Below are positions 56,102 through 64,000 of a stretch of DNA of 64,000 nt, piece after piece. How positions within the stretch are numbered: position 1 is the stretch's first letter; each line of letters begins with the position of its first letter. The position numbers were made by a program, and so were the translations under genes. The notes beneath the pieces were generated by a model. The model saw only the letters and a program-made list of their open reading frames with translations. It was not told the origin of the DNA and ran no database searches. The stretch is taken from positions 1-64,000 of the IMG/VR virus record IMGVR_UViG_3300042450_000799; one strand, given 5' to 3'. Source of the DNA: a virus.

Positions 56102-59100
56102 TTAAATGTTGTCAAAAGACGCTCCTGTTGGAGTAATATAGAACGTGATGTCTATGAACTCAAGAGATTTAGTCGGTTTGATATAAATCTTACCTGTCAA
56201 TTGGTTTCTGTCTAAATCCGCAGAATCTGAAGAAACTGTAACACGGAAATCATATAAACCTCTGTCTCTTCTAATAGCATCTAAGATAGGATTAACCGCA
56301 TCCAAGAAATCTTGTCTTACTTTCTCATCGTTTTGTTCAAACAATAATCTTACTGAAACCGCAGAAATTAATTTACGAGCTTGTAACAATAATCGTCTAA
56401 CGTTGATTCTGTCAAGAGCAGATTCTCTTATTTGCATAGTTTTATTACCCCAAATTACAGTTCCGACATCAGAGAAGGTCGCGATTGGGTTAATTCTACC
56501 TTTATAAAGAACATCTCTATCTTCTTGAGTAAGTTTCTTTCTTGCTTTAATTGAGTTAACAATACCACGAGTGTAACCAGCCGCTGCGAACCAAGGGAAA
56601 GCGATGTTATCAGTTAACGCCAAGTTTCTTGTTACCTCAGCTGTTGCTGGGATATAGATTTGTGTGTTATTTACTGTATCTCTTGTTAATACCCATGGGT
56701 AATAAGTTGCAGTGTAATTAGAATCTATACCAGCAGTTTCCAAATTGTCTACCGCTTCTTGGGGATAAATCATATCTAATTGATCACCTGTTGATGGAAC
56801 AAACATGTTGTAATCAGGTGTAGTACAGATATAAACTGAATCCGCTCTATTGTATTCAATCATTTCAATTGCCTCACCTACCAAGTCAGAATTATTTAAA
56901 TAATCGATACCAGGAGTAACGAATACATTAATATTAACCGCCTCAGGGTTAGAGAATGTTTGTTGTCCTAATAAGTAAGCATAATAGTCGGTGTTTGCCC
57001 AATCTTGTCCGTTGTTACCAACAGTGATTTGTTTAAACGCTCCCCATCCTGTAGCCGTTGGGTATTTGAATGAAGGACACGCTCCATTTCTATAACCAAG
57101 TCTACCTAATACGAATCTATCAGAATTTGTTCTATGTTCTCTGTAGATATCCCATCCGTCAAATCCTCCGTGACATAATAATGAGAATTTACGAGCGTAT
57201 AGTCTGTAATATGGATTCGATTCGTTATCTGGATCTGAAGTAAATGGTGCTGAACCTACGTAATACGCTGGTGTACCACTTGTTGCAAAATAACTTGGTA
57301 TTGTTATACCACTTGCGTTAATATCCATGTGGAATCCTTTTGTTTTGTATGCCCATTCGTCACCTGAAACATCAGTACAAACATCTAACGGTAATTGTTT
57401 ACCTTTATATGTGTAGAAATCAACGTCAAAACCAACAGTATCAGAAATACCAAGATAAGTTCTACGAACATTGTCACCAGCACTTCTCACAACATCATCA
57501 GCTCCTGAAGATAAACCAAATGGTGGGTTGTAAACAACTTCACCTGGATAATCATATTTTGTTTTATAAACTGGGAATGGAGGTCTAACACCCGCATACT
57601 CTCTGAAACTATAACCTTCGAATCCACAAGGTAATGCGTCTATTGGTGCATCCTCGTTAAGTTCAATCATAACATATTTAGAATTCAATGCGTATTCCCC
57701 ATCCAATGTACCAATTTTCTTAGCAATAAAACTATTATCGTTAGGATTCATAGAACAGTTAGTGAATTTTTCAAGAACCACAGGATTATTATCCGAATCA
57801 AAGAAATCTCTAACAATAACATCAAATGTACCGTTGTTAAACGACATGTTCGCGATTGAAAGTTTAACTTCAATGTTCGCATCATTACCATCGGCAATTG
57901 TTGTAAATTTAAATAAGTTATAAACTTTTGACCCTCTTAATTCAGATACAACCCATGGGGATGTAGGTGATTGATATTTTTCAAGGTACCAAGCAATTGA
58001 TGTTGGATCATTACCTTGTCTAGCATTTGGTAATGCTGTTAACTCACAACTTAATCCTCTAATAAATCCTTTTCTCCAACCATAAGTTAATAACGCTTGG
58101 AATCTTTCTTCAACAAACAATGGAACAACAGTTCTTGGTTTTGCGAAATTAGACTCACCGAATACTTTAGAAATATATTTACTATCAGAATTTGATAAAG
58201 ATGTCTCAAAGAAGAACGGGTTACCGTCTTTATCTGTTACATTAATACCAAATGTTGAAAATGGGTTTTTAGTTACACCTGAATATGATCCTGAACAATC
58301 CATTTGTACATCATGTCCATCAAAATTGTTATAAGCGTTAACCCCACCAGTTACTTCATATACAGCACCATCATCACTACCATAAGTAGCCAAACCTCTT
58401 GAACGTAAAGTTGCAACAACTAAATCATCAAAATCAGTATAAGCAGTACCGTTATAAACGTAAATTTGTCCTGTTAAAGTACCAGAAAAACATCTTGTTG
58501 GTTTAGGTAATGTAGTTGTTGTTGTTGTTCCTGTTGGAGCTGGGTTACAAGGATCGGGTGTTGGTGTTGGTGTTGGTGAAGTGCTAGTCGTTGTTGTTGT
58601 ACTAATAATTTCAGTCAAATCAGTAACGATTGACCAAAAAGAATAACCACTATAAACTGAACTACCAACATTATCAAATAATGCATAATACCAAGGATCG
58701 TTCACTGGTGCCGCATAAGTAAACACACTTTCATCAACATTGTCAACACCAAAGACGTTTGTTTCTGCTGTGAATATTGGTGCAAGTGAATTATACACAT
58801 CACCTGAAATAGGCCCGTAATAATAAATATTAGTGGTTTCCGCAGTATAAGGATTTATATCACTAATCACATCAAAAATTTGATTTGTCATATCTTGATA
58901 TAATGTTCCCGTACTACCATTAAAGTTTTCATATGGTAAGTTAATTTTCCCCGCGATTTCTGCAGGAATTTGTGTTGGGTCTGTAAAAGTGATACTTGAA
59001 GTGCTATTACTACAACCTGTGAAGTCAATAGAATAACTAATCACATTAGGTAGTGTACATTCAAACACACAATCAACCGTTACCCCTGTAATACAATCGA

Positions 59101-59467
59101 ATTCAATAGTTGCTGGATTAACATTTGCTTTTGTTGTGATTGACCAAGATGGACCTGCATCATAACCTGACAAACCTAACACCCTTGTTACAAACAATTG
59201 ATTAGATTGTTGTAAATAAGCTTTAGCAATGTATGCCGCCTCATATTTAGGAATCTGTGTGTTTATAAATTTTTCAGGAGATGTTCCTCCGAAGTATGAT
59301 GAAAATTCATCAAAGTTTCTAATAAAAATAGGTTCGAAAGCAGGACCTTTTTGAGTCTCACCAACAATCCCTAAAGTTGTAACACCTACACTTTGTGCCA
59401 CAAAACTCAAATCAACCTCAGAGGTATATACTCCAGGTGACACGAATACTTTGTTGTTTGTTGCCAT
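56102..59467 (-). CDS. Contractile tail sheath protein (T4 gp18-like) with large insertion domains
   Basis: VSPGVY..EVD, G...KGP..EP, PWFAAAG..RG, LY..RINPI, WGNKT, RINVRRL, KP.KS.EFI. Confidence 0.95.
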   Translation of the reverse strand: MATNNKVFVSPGVYTSEVDLSFVAQSVGVTTLGIVGETQKGPAFEPIFIRNFDEFSSYFGGTSPEKFINTQIPKYEAAYIAKAYLQQSNQLFVTRVLGLSGYDAGPSWSITTKANVNPATIEFDCITGVTVDCVFECTLPNVISYSIDFTGCSNSTSSITFTDPTQIPAEIAGKINLPYENFNGSTGTLYQDMTNQIFDVISDINPYTAETTNIYYYGPISGDVYNSLAPIFTAETNVFGVDNVDESVFTYAAPVNDPWYYALFDNVGSSVYSGYSFWSIVTDLTEIISTTTTTSTSPTPTPTPDPCNPAPTGTTTTTTLPKPTRCFSGTLTGQIYVYNGTAYTDFDDLVVATLRSRGLATYGSDDGAVYEVTGGVNAYNNFDGHDVQMDCSGSYSGVTKNPFSTFGINVTDKDGNPFFFETSLSNSDSKYISKVFGESNFAKPRTVVPLFVEERFQALLTYGWRKGFIRGLSCELTALPNARQGNDPTSIAWYLEKYQSPTSPWVVSELRGSKVYNLFKFTTIADGNDANIEVKLSIANMSFNNGTFDVIVRDFFDSDNNPVVLEKFTNCSMNPNDNSFIAKKIGTLDGEYALNSKYVMIELNEDAPIDALPCGFEGYSFREYAGVRPPFPVYKTKYDYPGEVVYNPPFGLSSGADDVVRSAGDNVRRTYLGISDTVGFDVDFYTYKGKQLPLDVCTDVSGDEWAYKTKGFHMDINASGITIPSYFATSGTPAYYVGSAPFTSDPDNESNPYYRLYARKFSLLCHGGFDGWDIYREHRTNSDRFVLGRLGYRNGACPSFKYPTATGWGAFKQITVGNNGQDWANTDYYAYLLGQQTFSNPEAVNINVFVTPGIDYLNNSDLVGEAIEMIEYNRADSVYICTTPDYNMFVPSTGDQLDMIYPQEAVDNLETAGIDSNYTATYYPWVLTRDTVNNTQIYIPATAEVTRNLALTDNIAFPWFAAAGYTRGIVNSIKARKKLTQEDRDVLYKGRINPIATFSDVGTVIWGNKTMQIRESALDRINVRRLLLQARKLISAVSVRLLFEQNDEKVRQDFLDAVNPILDAIRRDRGLYDFRVTVSSDSADLDRNQLTGKIYIKPTKSLEFIDITFYITPTGASFDNI

Positions 59468-59505
59468 TATTTTTTTTTCTTTTAACTTGTTAATTTATTT
59501 TATAG

Positions 59506-59541
59506 ATAAATATTCGAAAAAAAACCAAAATACTTTACTTT
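59506..59541 (-). promoter_or_regulatory. Putative late promoter of the sheath gene: AAAGTAAAG-N19-ATATTTAT
   Basis: Same two-part arrangement upstream of the tube gene; TATTTAT recurs before about 15 genes. Confidence 0.6.
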
Positions 59542-59591
59542 ATACTAACTATTTATTAATTGGGTAGATTTAATTCTGCCTTTTTTCTACC

Positions 59592-59756
59592 ATGGACAAC
59601 AAAGTAAAAAAAATAAAGAATCTAAAAATATCAATTGAAGCTCATGATATCCTAAAGACATATTGCGAAAAAAAAGGGATTAAAATGTATAGGTTCTTAG
59701 AAAGAATGATAATTGAGAAATGTAAGGAAAAGACCGATGTATACGGTGAAAACTAA
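59592..59756 (+). CDS. 54-aa ribbon-helix-helix regulator (MDNKVKKIKNLKISIEAHDILKTYCEKKGIKMYRFLERMIIEKC...), not in ORF track
   Basis: ATG 59592 to TAA 59756; RHH pattern; TATTTAT at 59550-59556; divergent from the sheath gene. Confidence 0.7.
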   Translation: MDNKVKKIKNLKISIEAHDILKTYCEKKGIKMYRFLERMIIEKCKEKTDVYGEN

Positions 59757-60790
59757 ATTGGGTTACCAAATAACTTAATTATTGAGTCTTTAGTATTGTC
59801 ATTTTTAACCACAACTAATTTTAATTTATCATCTGTGTTTATTTGAATTTCGGATAAATCTGACCCATAATAATCATTATTAATATACACATCAAAACTC
59901 CCAATATTAGTTAATCCACCAATAATTAAATTTGATGTATAATCGAAAATTTGTGAATTAATATTATTACCAACAACAAATAACACATCAATTTCATTAC
60001 TAGATGTTACACTTTTCCGTTTAGATCTCCTTTTTACAGAATTATTATCAGCTTCAACGACTTGTAATATTCTAGTTATTGCCGGGGAAATCTCAAATTC
60101 ATTTTCATCAATTAAAAATCCTAATAATGTGAATTCATAACTTTGGATATAGAATTTTCTTTTTTCTAAATCCATAACTGATTCATCAGAAATATTACCC
60201 ATAACAATCGGAATGTAGTGTCCTTTGATTACTTGATAAGCTTGTTTAGATGCAAATTTTTCAATCACATTTTTATTAAACTCATTAATCTCTCTCATTC
60301 TATTACAAACAATTTTAACCGTATATGTAATATCAACAGGAACTGGCTGAGGTATTTTATATATATCGGTACCATTTCTTTGACCATCCCACGTTGGAAC
60401 TTGTGCATAAAAATATTGTCTTCTATTTGGTATATTAAATACAACAGCAGGATTCGTCCCAAATTTAACCTCAGGAACTCTTACGGTTGTAATAAATGGG
60501 GGTTCAACATTCTTATCAAGATTTTGTAAATTCCACGTCTCGGTAAATTGACTCCAATTCTGAGTTGTGACTAAAATATCAATCGTAGGTATTACCTTAC
60601 CATCAATAACTGTCTTCAATTCATTTTTAACAAATTCCAAAAATCCACCGTCCAAATCGGCGTGTAATAATGATTTAGGTAGATAAGTACCATCCTTATT
60701 AATTTTATCAACCAACTCCTGTCTTCTTGGTAGAAGAGTTTTAGATTCAGTTAATGGTAAATGTTTCTTTATTTTTTTAGGTAACGGCAT
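59753..60790 (-). CDS. Tail terminator / sheath stabiliser (gp15-like)
   Basis: PQPVPVDITY motif; position between neck and sheath genes. Confidence 0.65.
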   Translation of the reverse strand: MPLPKKIKKHLPLTESKTLLPRRQELVDKINKDGTYLPKSLLHADLDGGFLEFVKNELKTVIDGKVIPTIDILVTTQNWSQFTETWNLQNLDKNVEPPFITTVRVPEVKFGTNPAVVFNIPNRRQYFYAQVPTWDGQRNGTDIYKIPQPVPVDITYTVKIVCNRMREINEFNKNVIEKFASKQAYQVIKGHYIPIVMGNISDESVMDLEKRKFYIQSYEFTLLGFLIDENEFEISPAITRILQVVEADNNSVKRRSKRKSVTSSNEIDVLFVVGNNINSQIFDYTSNLIIGGLTNIGSFDVYINNDYYGSDLSEIQINTDDKLKLVVVKNDNTKDSIIKLFGNPI

Positions 60791-60838
60791 CTTACAATTT
60801 TTTTACGTCATTATTTGTGACAGTTATCAATATATTCA

Positions 60839-61354
60839 TTATAATCCTCTAAATTCATTGTTCACAACCGCAGATGCCATAATCGTTCTATAGAAAGGTT
60901 TGTACCCTGCGTATGTGTGTTTATTATCTGAAATCACCCTCCCATCGTTATTTACTGTGTAATATCTAACTCTATCTTCGGTTTCGTAATACCCAATATA
61001 ATCACCAAAACTAATGTCAACACCCAATTCATCTAATTGTTTTTGATAAACGGATACTTTTAAATTACCCGGCTCAAACTGTTCAATTTTAGAGTTACCT
61101 AAGTTTTTATTCTCAGGAGCCATAATCTGAACGTGACCTTTAAACTCAATTGGGGTTAAAAATTTAATACCGTCAGAAACTGTCTCTCCATAAACGTTAT
61201 CTGTCTTCGTTTTTTGCCTATCAACTCTATATAATACCAACGTGAAGTTCATATCACCATACAACCATTCTTCACCAAATTGAATTTCCAAATCGTAGTC
61301 TTCAGAACTAAAAAATTTTCCGATTCTTGTAATGGGTACCCTATTTTCTGACAT
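60839..61354 (-). CDS. Neck / head-closure protein (gp14-like)
   Basis: LYRVD...T..DNVYGE, P.E......, GDY motifs; position upstream of gp15-like gene. Confidence 0.65.
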   Translation of the reverse strand: MSENRVPITRIGKFFSSEDYDLEIQFGEEWLYGDMNFTLVLYRVDRQKTKTDNVYGETVSDGIKFLTPIEFKGHVQIMAPENKNLGNSKIEQFEPGNLKVSVYQKQLDELGVDISFGDYIGYYETEDRVRYYTVNNDGRVISDNKHTYAGYKPFYRTIMASAVVNNEFRGL

Positions 61355-61416
61355 ATAAATTATATTTTATTGATAAATATTAAAAGATTCATTATTATTG
61401 TATAAAACATTAATCT

Positions 61417-64000
61417 TTGGATAATATAAACACGGGAACTACTGTCAACTTGATTGAACAAAAGGCGTTGTTAATACTTGACACTTATTCTGGCGCAAAT
61501 AATTATATTATCAAATTAAAGTTTCAAAAAGAAACAAATAAAAAGTTTTACCCAACAAGAGCTCAATCAGAGTATATTGTTAATTTTTACGAAACACCAC
61601 CTAAAGTAGCAAAAAAATGGGTCGATTTAGACCCATATTTTGCTAAAAAAATTGCTGATGAAAAATTATACACTGAAATCCCTAAGGAAATTTGGGTTGA
61701 AAAACTTTTAGCTGAAAAAGAAAAATCGTATCATGTTTGGGGTAAAGTATTATCCGGTGAAACAATTCATGATTTTTGGTTACCAAAGGGAGCGTTAATT
61801 AAAACACACACAATTAAAAACATTGTTGTGGATTATTCGAAATACTCTAACCGACCTCCACTTGATCATCAAAAAGAGGCTATTGAGAAACTTACTGGAT
61901 CTAAAAGGTTTATTTTGGCTGATGATATGGGTTTGGGCAAGTGCGAACCTAAGAATAATAAGGTATTTACACCAAATGGTAGAAAAAAAATTGGGGATTT
62001 AAAAGTCGGAGATAACGTTATTGGTAGTGACGGCAAATCGTATAACGTTGTTGGTGTATTTCCACAAGGTTTAAAGGAAACATATAAAATTACATTCAAT
62101 GACGGATTTTCAATTTTATCAGGAGATGAACATTTATGGTCTGTTTCATCCCCCAATTACGGTAAAAATAGAAAAAACGAAAGACTAAAAAAATCTTTAG
62201 TTTTATCAACAAAACAAATGTATGAGGGAGGTAAAATTAAAGTTAAAGGTATTGACTATAATAAAGATAAAGAATACGAAATTGAAACTTATTATAAATC
62301 TCCAAACGGGAATAATAAATGGCAAATACCAATCGTAAATCCAATACAATTTGAACGAAATGATACCCTTCCGATTAACCCTTATTTTTTAGGTCTGATT
62401 TTAGGAGATGGTCATATAACTAAATCGTCTTGTGTTTTTACAGTTCACTGCGACGATTATGATGAATTATTTTACGGTTTTAATTTAAATGAAAATAAAA
62501 AAATTGACAATAAAAGAAAAGGAAATAAATTTATTGGTAGGGATATATTAAACGAACTCAAACTTAACGAGGCTCGATCCCATAATAAATTCATACCTGA
62601 TATATACAAATATTCATCAATTGAAAATAGATTGGCAATTCTACAAGGATTAATGGATACTGACGGACATTGTATGTTTAACGGAAATGAAACTTTTTTA
62701 GGGACTGAATATTGTACCATTTCAAAACAACTTTGTGATGACGTTGTTGAAGTGGTACAAACATTAGGGGGTGTTGCCAGAGTTAAAACTCGTATCCCCA
62801 CATACACATATAAAGGTATTAAAATGGAAGGTAAATTAGCGTATAGAGTTAATATTAAATTACCCTTAGGTATGAATCCATTTCGATTAAAACGTAAATC
62901 GGAAAGATATATCGAACCAAAAAAATACCCCACAGGTAGATATATTAAAAATATTGAAAAAGTTGGATTTGAAGAAAGTGTTTGCATATCGGTAGATTCC
63001 CCCGATAAATTGTACGTTACTGAACACGCAATTGTTACTCATAATACGACCTCAACAATTATTGCTGCGTTAGAAACTAAGGTAAAGAAAATTTTAATTA
63101 TCTGTCCAGCATCCTTAAAAATTAACTGGCAAAGAGAGATTGAGAATTACACCGATAGAAGTGTTTATATTTCGGAAGGTAAAAATTTTTCAACGGATCA
63201 CGACTTTGTTATTGTTAATTACGACATTCTTAAAAACTTTTACGATGTTAAAGATAAAGATAATTCTTTAATCACCAAAGGGAAATTTGATCTTATTATT
63301 TTAGATGAGGCTCACTATGTTGCCAACGGAACAAGTAATCGGTCAAAATTGGTAAATGGTTTTGCTAAAAATTGTGAAAGGGTTTGGTTATTAACGGGAA
63401 CACCTATGACTAATCGACCAATGAATTATTTCAACCTATTATCTCTTATTGAAAGTCCTGTTAGTAATAATTGGATGGCGTTTGCCATTAGGTACTGTCA
63501 AGGGTATCAATTTACTGCAGGAAAAAGAAAAATATGGAATGTCTCAGGAGCATCAAACTTAGAAGAATTGAGAGATAGGACATCAAAACAGGTGTTGAGA
63601 AGATTGAAAACAGATGTTTTAGATTTACCTGAAAAAATTATCACACCAGTTTATTTAAAATTAAAATCAAAACTTTATGAAGGATTGATGGGTGAATATT
63701 ATGATTGGTTTAATAAAAACCCTGATGAAAGTAATTCATTAACCGTTCAGTTCAGTAAATTAATGAAAGTTCGTCAAGTGATTGCTGAAGAAAAAATTAA
63801 AGATACCATTGAGTTGGCTGAGAATATTTTAGAACAAGGAAAGAAGGTAATTATTTTTACCAATTTTACTGACTCGTTAAATAAAATTGCCGATCACTTT
63901 GGTAAACAAGCTGTGAGGTTAGACGGTTCAACGGGAAAACCCCAACGACAATACGCTGTAGATCAATTCCAAGAGAACGATAAAGTTAAAGTATTTGTCG
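61417..64000 (+). CDS. SNF2-family helicase/ATPase (TTG start, contains an intein, truncated by window end; absent from ORF track)
   Basis: HQKEAI, LADDMGLGK|T, ICPASLKINWQREI, LDEAHY, LTGTPMTNRP, KVIIFTNF, RLDGST. Confidence 0.92.
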   Translation, partial: MDNINTGTTVNLIEQKALLILDTYSGANNYIIKLKFQKETNKKFYPTRAQSEYIVNFYETPPKVAKKWVDLDPYFAKKIADEKLYTEIPKEIWVEKLLAEKEKSYHVWGKVLSGETIHDFWLPKGALIKTHTIKNIVVDYSKYSNRPPLDHQKEAIEKLTGSKRFILADDMGLGKCEPKNNKVFTPNGRKKIGDLKVGDNVIGSDGKSYNVVGVFPQGLKETYKITFNDGFSILSGDEHLWSVSSPNYGKNRKNERLKKSLVLSTKQMYEGGKIKVKGIDYNKDKEYEIETYYKSPNGNNKWQIPIVNPIQFERNDTLPINPYFLGLILGDGHITKSSCVFTVHCDDYDELFYGFNLNENKKIDNKRKGNKFIGRDILNELKLNEARSHNKFIPDIYKYSSIENRLAILQGLMDTDGHCMFNGNETFLGTEYCTISKQLCDDVVEVVQTLGGVARVKTRIPTYTYKGIKMEGKLAYRVNIKLPLGMNPFRLKRKSERYIEPKKYPTGRYIKNIEKVGFEESVCISVDSPDKLYVTEHAIVTHNTTSTIIAALETKVKKILIICPASLKINWQREIENYTDRSVYISEGKNFSTDHDFVIVNYDILKNFYDVKDKDNSLITKGKFDLIILDEAHYVANGTSNRSKLVNGFAKNCERVWLLTGTPMTNRPMNYFNLLSLIESPVSNNWMAFAIRYCQGYQFTAGKRKIWNVSGASNLEELRDRTSKQVLRRLKTDVLDLPEKIITPVYLKLKSKLYEGLMGEYYDWFNKNPDESNSLTVQFSKLMKVRQVIAEEKIKDTIELAENILEQGKKVIIFTNFTDSLNKIADHFGKQAVRLDGSTGKPQRQYAVDQFQENDKVKVFV
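61942..63045 (+). mobile_element. Intein (368 aa) with LAGLIDADG homing endonuclease inserted in the SNF2 Walker A motif
   Basis: Starts CEPKNNKVFTPNG..KIGDLKVGD.V; YFLGLILGDG and ILQGLMDTDG motifs; ends CISVDSPDKLYVTEHAIVTHN followed by Thr+1. Confidence 0.95.

Noticed and set aside
975-60529. Short antisense or out-of-frame ORFs in the track nested in larger genes (for example 975..1244, 8065..8274, 22713..23213, 38432..38887, 46393..46749, 60218..60529)
   Set aside because: Fully or largely overlap well-supported genes, lack recognisable motifs and have shadow-frame composition.
61869-62987. Minus-strand ORFs 61869..62156 and 62472..62987
   Set aside because: Antisense shadows of the SNF2/intein reading frame on the plus strand.
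1-64000. Stop-codon reassignment (code 15 or 4) as in some large phages
   Set aside because: Very long ORFs are intact under code 11 and coding density is near complete; no genes appear fragmented at TAG or TGA.
1-64000. tRNA, rRNA or structured ncRNA genes
   Set aside because: Intergenic gaps are short and AT-rich; no cloverleaf or T-loop signature was recognised by eye. tRNAscan/Infernal would confirm.

Overview
AT-rich, gene-dense segment of a large myovirus-type (contractile-tail, T4-superfamily-like) bacteriophage. It uses the standard genetic code and is read almost entirely on the minus strand. Leaders are A/T-rich with no obvious Shine-Dalgarno, and one promoter has a TAnnTTTG element, which suggests a Bacteroidota host (inference). 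From right to left the window contains: (1) a SNF2 helicase with a LAGLIDADG intein in Walker A (plus strand, missed by the ORF track, runs off the window); (2) a neck/tail module with gp14-like, gp15-like, sheath, HAD phosphatase, tube, gp26-like chaperone with a probable +1 frameshift extension, tape measure, OmpA-domain baseplate protein, LysM/gp53-like and hub with a glucosaminidase-like C-terminus; (3) a replication/recombination block with SSB, RecA/UvsX, an RHH+HNH cassette, 5'-3' exonuclease, DnaB-like helicase and class II RNR; (4) a baseplate wedge and fibre/adhesin block (gp25, gp6, PKD, SprB and YVTN proteins) interrupted by a free-standing HNH gene; (5) RuvC-like resolvase, a plus-strand Cys-rich island, primase and a PD-(D/E)XK nuclease. 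The best candidate for a new system is a glycosyltransferase whose motifs match plant peptidyl-Ser/Hyp O-glycosyltransferases (GT96 SGT1 / GT95 HPAT). It sits among virion genes, and at least seven genes in the window, including the tail sheath, carry mucin-like (PT)n and poly-Thr inserts, suggesting phage-encoded virion O-glycosylation. Other signals are an exact 14-bp-period TTCTAG array upstream of the tube gene and a conserved sense-strand TATTTAT late-promoter-like motif. All family assignments come from motif recognition by eye; no database search was run.
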